The position numbers and the translations under genes were made by a program. 33,224 nucleotides of DNA from a virus (Duplodnaviria; Caudoviricetes). Under the pieces are notes generated by a model, which searched no databases, had not been told where the DNA came from, and saw only the letters and a program-made list of their open reading frames with translations. The stretch is from IMG/VR virus record IMGVR_UViG_3300020045_005034, positions 1 through 33,224 of that record. One strand, 5' to 3'. Shown piece after piece: positions 1-8,649 of this stretch (position 1 is the first letter of the stretch; every line of letters begins with the position of its first letter).

Positions 1-136
1 ATTTGTTTATTGAATCTTGCTGTATCTGTGAAAACTGTAACACCTGCGGAAGCTGGAAGGTCTTGATAAAAATACAGACAGAGAAACAGAGCTGAATGAA
101 TTCGGCGTTCCTATTACCCCACAAACTGTACAAAGA

Positions 137-955
137 GTGGAAGACCAACAAAATATTAAAGAAGATATAGAGGGCGAGGAAGACGAAGACGTTGCAGATT
201 TGCCTGCTGTAGATAGTACTCTTAAGAAAGAAAGCACAGAGGGTCTACAGCCTGTATATGAAACAGAAGACGGCTCAACTGCTGCAATAGATGAAGAAGG
301 TAATACTGTAGTTATAGACCCTGCTACAGGTGAACCTAGACTAGCACATGATACTGTCATCTACGTTTCAGAAACTGATGCTAAAGCAGCTATGGCTATA
401 GTAGGAAGCGGTCAAGCGCATCTTACATTGAACGCTAAAGGGGAGCCTGTAATCGTGCCTACTACAGAGAATGGGCAAGACGAAGCTATACCTGTCAGGC
501 ATTCCACTACACCAGCTCCCGGAATGTATGCTATTCCTGTCTCTGCACAACGCGGCCCGAACAAGCTACAAAATGTTCGTCCGATGGGAACACCTAGAAA
601 AATCAAGACAGTATTCCCATCCCGTAGTATGGGGGCTGCTGGGCCTGAAACAACAGTCACACAAAAAGAAACAACTTTTAGCAGAAGACTTGCTGCTACA
701 GAAGGTCTGGCAGGCCCAATGGCGGCTACTGGCGAGAAAGGTATTTTCTATACACCTCTTACTACTCAAGAATTAGATGTTGAAGCACGTTCACATGCAG
801 GGAATACTCTTGCAGAGATGGTAGATTACCTTGAATCTCCTATAGATAAAGGTCGCCCTTTCATTGAGACTAAGTTTGTATTTCGTAAGCGATACGCGAC
901 ATCTTTGAAGACTTTTATGATGAAAATTGTAGAGAATTTATCAAGTGCTAAGTAG
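137..955 (+). CDS. Hypothetical acidic, low-complexity protein, probably 5'-incomplete
   Basis: 272-aa ORF. The frame is open from 41 and there is no clear RBS at the GTG. No recognised domain. Confidence 0.55.
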   Translation: MEDQQNIKEDIEGEEDEDVADLPAVDSTLKKESTEGLQPVYETEDGSTAAIDEEGNTVVIDPATGEPRLAHDTVIYVSETDAKAAMAIVGSGQAHLTLNAKGEPVIVPTTENGQDEAIPVRHSTTPAPGMYAIPVSAQRGPNKLQNVRPMGTPRKIKTVFPSRSMGAAGPETTVTQKETTFSRRLAATEGLAGPMAATGEKGIFYTPLTTQELDVEARSHAGNTLAEMVDYLESPIDKGRPFIETKFVFRKRYATSLKTFMMKIVENLSSAK

Positions 956-984
956 GCTTGTGGGTTTTTTCAAAAGGTGATTCC

Positions 985-1380
985 ATGCTCGACATAAACG
1001 AAGTTTTCGAAAAAATGTATCCTGATTTCGAACCGAATGAATTTTCGTGCAAATGCGAAAATCCAACCTGTATTCGAGACGGAGTTGAATATATCTTCAT
1101 GTCAACTTTGCAATCGCTTAGAAGCTCCGTGGACAAGCCGTTTCATATCAATAGCGGTTATCGCTGTCAGGCATACAACGATTCGCTTCCCCATTCGTCA
1201 CCGAAATCTTACCATACAAAAGGACTTGCTGCTGATATAAGCACAGAAGCTTTTGATACTTTTACGAAAAATATATTTGTATCGAAATCTCTTGAACTAT
1301 TCAACGGCGTAGGTATATATCGTCGTTTCGTTCACGTGGACTTAAGGCCTGAAAAGGCTTTGTGGTGGGGCTCTTACTAA
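985..1380 (+). CDS. Peptidase M15A-family Zn D-Ala-D-Ala metallopeptidase (cell-wall hydrolase)
   Basis: Motifs F.P.EF.CKC, SGYRC..YN, S.H..GLAADI and FVHVDLR. RBS AAGGTGA before ATG 985. Confidence 0.9.
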   Translation: MLDINEVFEKMYPDFEPNEFSCKCENPTCIRDGVEYIFMSTLQSLRSSVDKPFHINSGYRCQAYNDSLPHSSPKSYHTKGLAADISTEAFDTFTKNIFVSKSLELFNGVGIYRRFVHVDLRPEKALWWGSY

Positions 1381-1414
1381 CTCATCACAGGTTCACACAC
1401 CCAAGGGAGTTTTT

Positions 1415-1888
1415 ATGTTTTTCGAAAGTTATTTGGTATTAATGATGATCTGTAGCGTCGTAAATTCACAAGCGCCAGGATACGAACCCGATGCTGATGA
1501 CTATCACGATATGCTATGGATTCAAGCTCACGAACAAATGGCCAAGGATGCCCTTGAATTCGCTCGTAGAAATGCGAGGGTAGCTGCTGAAGGATGCGCA
1601 GAGGGTTGGGTATCGTCAGGCCCAAGAGGGTGTATTAAACAAGCTGGTATTCAAGTTATTAAAAACGAGTTGCGCAATGGCCCACTTTTCAAGTCTGACA
1701 AAGAATCGGACAGAGCCAGAGCTGAAGGAAAAAAGGTGGCGGAGCGACGTGAGCTAGAGTTGCGTGAGCGAGAGAAGGAAGAGGAAGAGCTTAGAAAAAA
1801 GCCAACTTTCAGCATGGATGATACTATATCTAAAATGCATCTGTATTCGCCAACTCTTACCTTACGTAACTACCGTCAAATTCGATAG
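1415..1888 (+). CDS. Hypothetical protein with signal-peptide-like N-terminus and charged coiled coil
   Basis: GGGAG RBS, hydrophobic N-terminus, E/R/K-rich stretch. Confidence 0.6.
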   Translation: MFFESYLVLMMICSVVNSQAPGYEPDADDYHDMLWIQAHEQMAKDALEFARRNARVAAEGCAEGWVSSGPRGCIKQAGIQVIKNELRNGPLFKSDKESDRARAEGKKVAERRELELREREKEEEELRKKPTFSMDDTISKMHLYSPTLTLRNYRQIR

Positions 1889-1901
1889 GAGATCCAACCA
1901 A

Positions 1902-2246
1902 TTGAATTCAAAAGGAACCAAAAATATTGCAGTTGATATTGGATTATGTTTTCTAGCGTTATGTTTATCTTGGTGGTTTAAAAGCAAGAATGAATTTCCA
2001 ACTCTACATCCAAAGGATATACTTCATTTAGTATCAACTTTTCTCTTGATTTCAACCGTGTTTGGTTCCCTCATCCACTTACGATCTGAAAATCTAAATG
2101 TCATTCATCTGTCGGCGTTGAAACTGATTCTATTCATAACATTCTACGAATCATTTGAATTAACATCTATTCTTAATAATGACATGATGACTTGTTGGTT
2201 TGTTGTGAATTTGCCATTAAAATCTGACAAAAAAGAGAAGATGTAG
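1902..2246 (+). CDS. Hypothetical membrane protein
   Basis: AGGAG at 1887-1891, then in-frame TTG 1902 inside track ORF 1764..2246. About three hydrophobic segments. Confidence 0.45.
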   Translation: MNSKGTKNIAVDIGLCFLALCLSWWFKSKNEFPTLHPKDILHLVSTFLLISTVFGSLIHLRSENLNVIHLSALKLILFITFYESFELTSILNNDMMTCWFVVNLPLKSDKKEKM

Positions 2247-2262
2247 CGATCCCAAGATTGTG

Positions 2263-2550
2263 TCAACGCTTAAGTGCCGTTATAAATTTCGGCACGAAAA
2301 GCAACATCAAGCTAGCCAACTTGACCATTTCCTCAGAATCTAAGTCGGAGGCATCGCCAGGGATTTCTTTCAAATGTCGAAACGCCTCGACGATTTCAGG
2401 ATGATCTTGAATTTTCTGAAAGATGTGTAGCAAGTCGGAAATTTGAAAGCCGTCCTTAAATTCCTCAGCGCAAATAACACCCAAAGTCAGGAAGGCTTTG
2501 ATTCCGAGTTCGAGGGATTCGATTCCTCTTTTTTCTGAGACTGCTCCCAT
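2263..2550 (-). CDS. Hypothetical phage-like protein
   Basis: 95-aa ORF with AAGGTGA RBS, overlapping the upstream minus-strand gene. Amphipathic helices. Confidence 0.65.
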   Translation of the reverse strand: MGAVSEKRGIESLELGIKAFLTLGVICAEEFKDGFQISDLLHIFQKIQDHPEIVEAFRHLKEIPGDASDLDSEEMVKLASLMLLFVPKFITALKR

Positions 2551-2735
2551 ACTTCACCTTTCATTTTTTCATACTGTGAGTGTAAACTTGCCGACGTGTC
2601 AGAATCTTCGGTTGTCTGGCGAAACGCTTTCATCCATTGCTTTTGAAGTGCATCCTTCTTGTCGCGACTTTTGATGAACCAGTCGAGGCCAATGTTGATG
2701 AGCTTTTCAAGAATAGCTAGCATTCCTGGAATCAT
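2487..2735 (-). CDS. Hypothetical small protein
   Basis: ATG 2735 after AGGTGAAAGGGG. Amphipathic N-terminus and charged tail. Confidence 0.55.
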   Translation of the reverse strand: MIPGMLAILEKLINIGLDWFIKSRDKKDALQKQWMKAFRQTTEDSDTSASLHSQYEKMKGEVWEQSQKKEESNPSNSESKPS

Positions 2736-2874
2736 CGTGACAGCCCCTTTCACCTAAAACCTCACGGAATTCGTATGTCAGTGTAGCCAAACACGGTCAC
2801 CTTATGAAACTGTCTTTTTTCGTTGTGAAAAACAAATAGACAAAAACCTTCGGTTACTGTTATTAAGAAACTCC

Positions 2875-4017
2875 TCTCTATTTTCCCATCTTGGGACTAA
2901 ATCTGTAAGTACTGATGCAGTAAGTAAAGATTTTCCAACATCTTGGTGGCGGCAAAAAATTGTCCTAAACCCAGAAGAGTATGTTGGTTCTGCTCTATCA
3001 GAAGTAGGTATCGCTTATGGCGCAACGAGCACATACCTTGTTACTCATGCTCTGATTAAGGATATGAATGGAAACCCTATTACTCTGACTAAAACAGCAC
3101 TTGATGTTGTAACAATCTATGCAACAGTTTACATAACATTTAGTGTTGTAAGCAGTGCTGGAGTAAAGATGTGTGGATTAACTCATGGAAATCCATTATT
3201 AGACTATCTTACCGGTTCATCTATTGGTACTCACTACTTCTTCACTGCACAGTCACCGGAATCAAATTTAATCGGTAAAAATTCACGAGGGCTTATTGGA
3301 ACGCCAAACTTCAAATCGGCCGCAGTAACATGGACAGCAGATGTTCCGAATAAAAAAATGTATACAAATACACTAAGACTCGGTGTGTCAGATGCTAATG
3401 ATGGTTCCCTAGTCATGACTGAAGTTTGTTTGGGAGCACCAGATTCTGATAACAGTGCATATCCACGTGGTATTATTAGCGGTGATCTAACTAATACTGG
3501 CTTTTATGCAGGACTAAATCTAACTGGGGTTCCAGTCGGAACTGGTGACGGTATAACAACAAAATTCAATCTTCCATCAAACTCGATTAAAGGCATTGGA
3601 TTGACTGCATACGTTGATGGTACACCAACCTCTGTAACCATGGTTGGTATTCAGAGTTTTTATGTTGCAATAAACCAAGATGGTTCAAAATTTGTTTCTA
3701 TAGACGATGGCGCGGGTGAACCAGTTTACTTAGGAACATATATTGATTCAACATGGACAATATATAATACTGGAGTAGCCGATGGTGTGCCTGCTGGTAA
3801 TGGTCATTTTTTATATAGTACAGCGAACTTAGATTGGATAGCTTTCTATTATATGACAACCCTTTATGTAAATAAAACAGTACCTCAAATCACATTTTCC
3901 ACAGCACCTGCCAATGGAGCAGTTATTACTGCTGACTATACGGCCGATGGTATACATAAAACATTACAGCGTGTTATAGATCTTTATGTCGAAATTACCT
4001 TTGGAGAAGTAACTTAA
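2875..4017 (+). CDS. Phage tail/tail-fibre-related protein, 5'-truncated
   Basis: Frame continues upstream of ATG 3064 as SLFSHLGTK...KIVLNPEEYVG..SEVGIAYG...LVTHALIKDMNGNPITLTKT..DVVTIYATVYITF, typical of tail proteins. Also has GTGDG...F and ITF.TAPA.GAVITADY motifs. No start codon or RBS upstream. Confidence 0.8.
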   Translation, partial: SLFSHLGTKSVSTDAVSKDFPTSWWRQKIVLNPEEYVGSALSEVGIAYGATSTYLVTHALIKDMNGNPITLTKTALDVVTIYATVYITFSVVSSAGVKMCGLTHGNPLLDYLTGSSIGTHYFFTAQSPESNLIGKNSRGLIGTPNFKSAAVTWTADVPNKKMYTNTLRLGVSDANDGSLVMTEVCLGAPDSDNSAYPRGIISGDLTNTGFYAGLNLTGVPVGTGDGITTKFNLPSNSIKGIGLTAYVDGTPTSVTMVGIQSFYVAINQDGSKFVSIDDGAGEPVYLGTYIDSTWTIYNTGVADGVPAGNGHFLYSTANLDWIAFYYMTTLYVNKTVPQITFSTAPANGAVITADYTADGIHKTLQRVIDLYVEITFGEVT

Positions 4018-4032
4018 CGGAGGTTATATTCT

Positions 4033-5403
4033 ATGATATTAACCTTTGAGCCTGTACAGACTATTGGGGCTGGCAGTAACCCAATGGGAGTACATCTACC
4101 TGATAATATTTTTCAAGCTATTTATGTTGGGACAGATGGGAGTATCTTTGCCAGAGGTACTCCTACCGATCTCGGTGTCTGGACAGAACGAGTATTTGAT
4201 CCGGCTATTAAGATTTGTAATGATGTGGATGTGGAATATCTAAAAGCTAAGCACATAGCTAATGCTATATTTGTATGCTGGAAGAACAATGCTGAGCCTG
4301 GAGAAGTTGTGCCATACCAGCAAGGAGTTACTCATACCCTTAGACACCGCTTTGCTGTATGGTATATCCGTAGAGATATTAGTAATTACCTTATAGATGG
4401 GTCGGTCGAGTTTGGTTATGACGATCCGATCGCACGAGTATCAATCTCATTCGAGAATCCAAGTTATATTCTCTCACATGAGGAGCAGTCAGCTATACCA
4501 CCAGGTACGGCATTACTACTTCTCTTCCGAGCTGGTGACAGTGCACGATATCCGATGGGTCGATACTTCGTCGATACAAATGACATGACTGTAGGAGACT
4601 CTACAACATCTATTGAGGGTCGTAACTACATGGGCAAACTCCTAAGAGACCAGACTTTCGACACTGATAACAATTACCCCTTACAAAATCTTAGAACCCT
4701 AGCACTTGATATTCTGGATAAGGCATCAGTTGTCAATTATTGGGTTGGCTCAACATCTCTCGAACGTGGTATGAAATTCCCTAGTGACATGAACATCATG
4801 GATGGCTTCAAAGAGCTTATTAATACAGCTCTAAACTGGCAAATACGTGAGAGTATGTCTGGGGAGATCTGCTTTGGCGAGAAGACCGATCCATATTTCC
4901 CTGTAGCTTCTACGTACGAATTCGAACGAGACAATGATATATTCAGTCGTGGCGTCACTCGCGATGATCAGGATGTATATTCTCGTGTCTGCGTGCATGA
5001 CGATGATTATACAATAGCAGTCTATCGAGACGTCACATTCAAATTTGTCTTGGGTAGAAAGAAAACACTTCATGTATCGATTGCTAAAGAGTCTAGTTCA
5101 GATGATGCCATTGTCTATGCCGAAACAATAGCAGCACTACTTAGTAATGTCGGTGTGACAGAGAACTTCACTGGACCATTCCGACCATATTTACAGCCTG
5201 GAGATAATGCTAAGATCATTGGTAGGAATACTAGGATGCTTGGTATGATAACCACTGTAAGACACAGTTTTGGTAAGAGCGGTTTTACAACTGACTTTAC
5301 CGTTGACTCAGGCAGTACGGCTAACAAAACAAGAGTCAGTGATTATATTAATAAGATTACTGGCCAATCTACTGGTGGTAATGCTACCAGACTATATTCT
5401 TAA
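4033..5403 (+). CDS. Minor tail protein (tail-tip/baseplate hub-like)
   Basis: 456 aa in the tail module. C-terminal PFRPYLQPGD...ITTVRHSFGKSGFTTDFTV resembles hub proteins. Confidence 0.7.
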   Translation: MILTFEPVQTIGAGSNPMGVHLPDNIFQAIYVGTDGSIFARGTPTDLGVWTERVFDPAIKICNDVDVEYLKAKHIANAIFVCWKNNAEPGEVVPYQQGVTHTLRHRFAVWYIRRDISNYLIDGSVEFGYDDPIARVSISFENPSYILSHEEQSAIPPGTALLLLFRAGDSARYPMGRYFVDTNDMTVGDSTTSIEGRNYMGKLLRDQTFDTDNNYPLQNLRTLALDILDKASVVNYWVGSTSLERGMKFPSDMNIMDGFKELINTALNWQIRESMSGEICFGEKTDPYFPVASTYEFERDNDIFSRGVTRDDQDVYSRVCVHDDDYTIAVYRDVTFKFVLGRKKTLHVSIAKESSSDDAIVYAETIAALLSNVGVTENFTGPFRPYLQPGDNAKIIGRNTRMLGMITTVRHSFGKSGFTTDFTVDSGSTANKTRVSDYINKITGQSTGGNATRLYS

Positions 5404-5423
5404 GGGTATAAAGGAGGAGAGTT

Positions 5424-5999
5424 ATGTATACTGGCTCAGCTGACATCGCTTATGTCATAACTAAAATTAAAGAGGCCACGTCACAGATCTCCTCTTTTAT
5501 ATCTGAGATTACAACCGCTCGTGGTGGAAAACCAAGTTTAAATGACAGGATTACAGATGTAGCAGGGAGTGTGCCTATATTTAGTGGTGCTAAAAAGCTA
5601 AAAACCACATCACAAACGGGCCTTGTTAATAATGTAAGTACTAAATTAACATTTGACTCATCTGAGTATGACGTTACCTCATGGTGGGATGCCGTTAATC
5701 TTCGATTTGTGGTTCCTGCAGAGGTTGACTATGTAAATATTACATGTCAAGCAGATATTCAGGATGATTCTGGATACCAGACAGTCGAGTCCTTACAACT
5801 ATATAAGGATGGAGTATTGTATAGAGAAGCCAAACATTCACATAATTCAGATACACTAGGAATGTGGTCAGCATGCTTATCTGAGGATATTCTAGTGACT
5901 GTTGGTACTTATTTTGAACTCTATGCATTGTGCTCAAACTCGTCAACTAATACTTGGAAAATTCTCAAAGGATCTTTCAGTATACGAGCCTTAGGGTAA
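5424..5999 (+). CDS. Putative tail-associated/receptor-binding beta-rich protein
   Basis: AAGGAGG RBS, EITTARGG..SLNDR linker, beta-rich C-terminal domain. Confidence 0.55.
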   Translation: MYTGSADIAYVITKIKEATSQISSFISEITTARGGKPSLNDRITDVAGSVPIFSGAKKLKTTSQTGLVNNVSTKLTFDSSEYDVTSWWDAVNLRFVVPAEVDYVNITCQADIQDDSGYQTVESLQLYKDGVLYREAKHSHNSDTLGMWSACLSEDILVTVGTYFELYALCSNSSTNTWKILKGSFSIRALG

Positions 6000-6011
6000 A
6001 TAGGAGAACTT

Positions 6012-6098
6012 ATGTCAACATTTGAATTTTATGCTATTATTGTATGCCTAGTCTTAATCGCAATATGCGGTCTTAGTATTGCAATACAACTCGCCTAA
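6012..6098 (+). CDS. 28-aa hydrophobic peptide MSTFEFYAIIVCLVLIAICGLSIAIQLA
   Basis: AGGAG RBS at 6002-6006. Aligns without gaps to the peptide at 10355. Confidence 0.65.
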   Translation: MSTFEFYAIIVCLVLIAICGLSIAIQLA

Positions 6099-6144
6099 CC
6101 GTTTATATTTGATAGGAGCTTAAGACACCAGGAGGAATCATAAC

Positions 6145-6468
6145 GTGGATCAATGGGTACATTTAACTTTAACAATAGTCGGATCAGTAGTTGCTTCGAC
6201 AGGATTTTGGGCATATTTTCAGAAAAGAGCGGATTGCAGTGGGGCCACCCATGCTATGCTACTTGGTCTTGGACATGATAGGATAATGTATCTTGGTATG
6301 TCTTATATTGAACGCGGTTGGATTACTAGAGATGAGTATGAGAACTTAAATGATTACCTATATATCCCCTATCAAAAGATGGGTGGTAATGGGTCAGTAA
6401 CAAGAATTATGCAAGAAGTAAACAAATTACAGATTTGCAAGGAGTACAGAAGGGACGTTAGTAAATGA
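6145..6468 (+). CDS. Holin-like membrane protein
   Basis: N-terminal TM helix and the LLGLGHDRI...YIERGWIT..EY..L..YLY.PY..MGGNG pattern of siphophage lysis-region proteins. Confidence 0.7.
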   Translation: MDQWVHLTLTIVGSVVASTGFWAYFQKRADCSGATHAMLLGLGHDRIMYLGMSYIERGWITRDEYENLNDYLYIPYQKMGGNGSVTRIMQEVNKLQICKEYRRDVSK

Positions 6469-6692
6469 TATTGAAAAACATGACATACGATACTATTAAG
6501 TGGTATGCACAATACGTTTTGCCAGCTGCTGGTACTTTATATTTTGCACTGGCCACTATCTGGGGCCTTCCCTATGGCGAGCAAATTGTAGGTACAATTA
6601 CTGCTATTGATGCGTTTCTAGGCGTTATTCTGGGTCTTAGTACCGCATCATATAACAAAGCAAACACTCTGGAAAATACACCACAAGAATAA
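6465..6692 (+). CDS. Holin, Dp-1 family
   Basis: YD..KW.AQYVLPA.GTLYFALA.IWGLPYGEQIVGTITAID.FLG..LG.ST signature. Confidence 0.85.
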   Translation: MILKNMTYDTIKWYAQYVLPAAGTLYFALATIWGLPYGEQIVGTITAIDAFLGVILGLSTASYNKANTLENTPQE

Positions 6693-6704
6693 AGGAGAAA
6701 GATT

Positions 6705-7040
6705 ATGTCTAAAATCACCATCACCTGGGCAGGCGCAGCATTGGTTCGTGCTATTAAAACAATGGCACAAGTTATTCTCAGTATGATTACTATCGGTGTA
6801 GCTATTGATGCTATTAACTGGAAGTATATTGTCTCAGTAGCTCTCACTGCGAGCATCTGTTCAATCCTTACTAGTCTTGCGGGCCTTCCTGAGGTTGGCT
6901 CGGACGGGGTTCTTAAGATTGATACCACCGGTCCGGTCGATGCATATTTGCTTAGCCTAGATACGCCACTTGAGGGACTTGCCTCGAAGAGTGTTGTCAA
7001 ATTGACAGTTGATCCGAACGCTATCCTCTCGCAGAAATAA
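6705..7040 (+). CDS. Holin, r1t family, with extra C-terminal soluble domain
   Basis: W..AA.VRAIKTMAQ...INW....S.......S.LTSLAGLPEV signature plus about 45 extra residues. Confidence 0.8.
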   Translation: MSKITITWAGAALVRAIKTMAQVILSMITIGVAIDAINWKYIVSVALTASICSILTSLAGLPEVGSDGVLKIDTTGPVDAYLLSLDTPLEGLASKSVVKLTVDPNAILSQK

Positions 7041-7057
7041 CTTACCCTATAATAGAA
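7029..7057 (+). promoter_or_regulatory. 29-bp phage promoter-like motif, copy 1
   Basis: TCGCAGAAATAACTTACCCTATAATAGAA. Confidence 0.85.
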
Positions 7058-7085
7058 TAAAAAGAAAGGGTAAGGACAAAAAATT

Positions 7086-7373
7086 ATGAACATTTTTAAA
7101 GAGAACAAGAAACATGGACTCGATGAGGAAATCTGTAGATTACAGGAAATAATGAAGTCAGTTGATCCAAAATCGAACGAGTATATTACTATAGCGAAAA
7201 ATCTAGAGACATTGTATTCGGCTAAATCAAAAGGCCGAGAAGGTACAGTAAAACTAGACACAATAGCTACAGGGATATTCGGATTGGTTGGGATCATATT
7301 GATAATTTATGGAGAAGAAACCAGAATTATAACATCGAAGGCGTTGGGTTTTGTACTTAAGGGGCGTGTGTAA
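7086..7373 (+). CDS. Cassette membrane protein
   Basis: C-terminal TM helix, between motif 1 and two hairpins. Confidence 0.8.
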   Translation: MNIFKENKKHGLDEEICRLQEIMKSVDPKSNEYITIAKNLETLYSAKSKGREGTVKLDTIATGIFGLVGIILIIYGEETRIITSKALGFVLKGRV

Positions 7374-7399
7374 AAACATGTCCTTTCCCCTTTGTAAAA

Positions 7400-7437
7400 G
7401 AGAGAAGTCGTATTAAAAACATGGCTTCTTCTTTTTT
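7400..7437 (+). terminator. Intrinsic terminator-like hairpin (a second hairpin lies at 7359-7386)
   Basis: AGAAGTCGT/ATGGCTTCT stem followed by T run. Confidence 0.6.
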
Positions 7438-7438
7438 C

Positions 7439-7467
7439 TCGCTTAAAAAACAACGGCTCTAATAGAA
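7439..7467 (+). promoter_or_regulatory. 29-bp motif, copy 2
   Basis: TCGCTTAAAAAACAACGGCTCTAATAGAA. Confidence 0.85.
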
Positions 7468-7541
7468 CTATATTTTAAAAGGTATCTTTATTAAGACGAA
7501 AGTAGTTTGATAACAGTAAAGAAAGCTTCGGCTTTCTTTTT
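7465..7541 (+). ncRNA. Candidate ~75-nt small RNA (ORF-less cassette)
   Basis: Bounded by motif 2 and a terminator. No ATG or GTG start and no good RBS inside. Confidence 0.5.
7518..7541 (+). terminator. Intrinsic terminator
   Basis: AAAGAAAGC-TTCG-GCTTTCTTTTT. Confidence 0.85.
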
Positions 7542-7546
7542 ATGAG

Positions 7547-7575
7547 TCGCAAGAAAAACAACCTCTATAATAGAA
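7547..7575 (+). promoter_or_regulatory. 29-bp motif, copy 3
   Basis: TCGCAAGAAAAACAACCTCTATAATAGAA. Confidence 0.85.
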
Positions 7576-7605
7576 TTAAACCAAAATTATAGGAGGATAT
7601 TTAAA

Positions 7606-7944
7606 ATGATCGTTAACATGAAAAACGCGACATGGAAAATGGATGATTATGAGAAGAGTTTAAAATCAGAAAAGAATAAGAAGAAAATTAGAAAGAACTT
7701 GAAACGAGTCAAGTTGATTGGTAAAGTATTTGCATTAGCAGCTACGAAATCAATGTTCAGCATAGAAACGCTAGGATTTGGAACAGCTTTAGGATTAGTC
7801 CAGGGATTGAAGTACGCAGGTAACTTCAAGAAAGGATTAAAAACTGGAGTGGTGACAGTAGCAGTTATAAGTGTTGTAACAGCGATTTCGACGGTAGCAA
7901 ATGCAATGCCATCGATCAATAAGATCGTTAACAGGGAAGATTAA
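7606..7944 (+). CDS. Cassette membrane protein
   Basis: AGGAGG RBS, basic N-terminus, hydrophobic Gly-rich helices. Confidence 0.8.
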   Translation: MIVNMKNATWKMDDYEKSLKSEKNKKKIRKNLKRVKLIGKVFALAATKSMFSIETLGFGTALGLVQGLKYAGNFKKGLKTGVVTVAVISVVTAISTVANAMPSINKIVNRED

Positions 7945-7961
7945 TAGTCTTCTCTTCTTTT
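7934..7961 (+). terminator. Intrinsic terminator overlapping stop codon
   Basis: GGGAAGATT-AAT-AGTCTTCTC plus T-rich tail. Confidence 0.7.
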
Positions 7962-7962
7962 C

Positions 7963-7991
7963 TCGCTTAAAAAACAAGGGTTATAATGAAA
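7963..7991 (+). promoter_or_regulatory. 29-bp motif, copy 4
   Basis: TCGCTTAAAAAACAAGGGTTATAATGAAA. Confidence 0.85.
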
Positions 7992-8021
7992 CCGAAAGGT
8001 TATCTTGAAGGGAGAATTAAT

Positions 8022-8321
8022 ATGAACAAAGTTAAAGAACTCTGGACAAATCACAAGAGAGAACTCGTAATCGCAGGTTGTATTATTGGAGGCGTAATTG
8101 TCGCCACAATCATTACACAGAAGATGAGTAAAAAAGCAATAGATTTGACAGGGGAATGTTTGATTCATTGGAAACCATCAGATGAACCGAAGTTTATCAA
8201 CTTAGAGCAAGTCAAAGAAATCTTAGATCTAAATGCAACGAATTCATCGATGTATGCAATATTCAGAGAAGGGGCAGATCCAAATGCCTATCAATGTATA
8301 TTGCTAACACCAAATGTATAA
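8022..8321 (+). CDS. Cassette single-pass membrane protein
   Basis: AAGGGAG RBS before ATG 8022, TM helix LVIAGCIIGGVIVATII. Confidence 0.8.
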   Translation: MNKVKELWTNHKRELVIAGCIIGGVIVATIITQKMSKKAIDLTGECLIHWKPSDEPKFINLEQVKEILDLNATNSSMYAIFREGADPNAYQCILLTPNV

Positions 8322-8340
8322 AGTTATATTTGAGGAGTCT

Positions 8341-8365
8341 GAGAGAGCTTAGGCTTTCTCTTTTT
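8341..8365 (+). terminator. Intrinsic terminator
   Basis: GAGAGAGC-TTAG-GCTTTCTC-TTTTT. Confidence 0.8.
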
Positions 8366-8366
8366 C

Positions 8367-8395
8367 TCGCTTAAAAAACAATGGCTATAATGAAA
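8367..8395 (+). promoter_or_regulatory. 29-bp motif, copy 5
   Basis: TCGCTTAAAAAACAATGGCTATAATGAAA. Confidence 0.85.
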
Positions 8396-8421
8396 CTAAT
8401 AAAAATTTAGGAGGAAAGAAA

Positions 8422-8616
8422 ATGAATACGACAGTAACAAAAATTCTAGTCATCATCGGAGCATGCACGGTAACTCAGCAGCTTGTGAATATCTTAGTAG
8501 ATATTACACGAGACAAAAAGGAACTGCGCAAGCGAGTAGACGAATTAGAAAGTGATAGTGAGATATTCAAAGAATTCATTCAAGAACATTTAGAAGTTCA
8601 TCAAGGGAAGGCCTAA
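8422..8616 (+). CDS. Cassette small protein (hydrophobic N-terminus plus coiled coil)
   Basis: AGGAGG RBS, 64 aa. Confidence 0.8.
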   Translation: MNTTVTKILVIIGACTVTQQLVNILVDITRDKKELRKRVDELESDSEIFKEFIQEHLEVHQGKA

Positions 8617-8634
8617 CAAGGTCTTCTTCTTTTT
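8604..8634 (+). terminator. Intrinsic terminator overlapping stop codon
   Basis: GGGAAGGCCT-AACA-AGGTCTTCTT-CTTTTT. Confidence 0.75.
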
Positions 8635-8649
8635 ACGAAAGGACAGCAA

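Noticed and set aside
985-1380. M15 peptidase as the missing endolysin of the phage
   Set aside because: It lies beyond the apparent junction at about 2875 in unrelated-looking DNA, so linkage cannot be supported.
2875-5999. Diversity-generating retroelement or invertible tail-fibre system
   Set aside because: No reverse transcriptase, recombinase or TR/VR repeat pair was seen in the window.
7465-7541. Hammerhead ribozyme in the ORF-less cassette (GACGAAA...TTGATAA)
   Set aside because: No CUGANGA core and no room for the three required stems.
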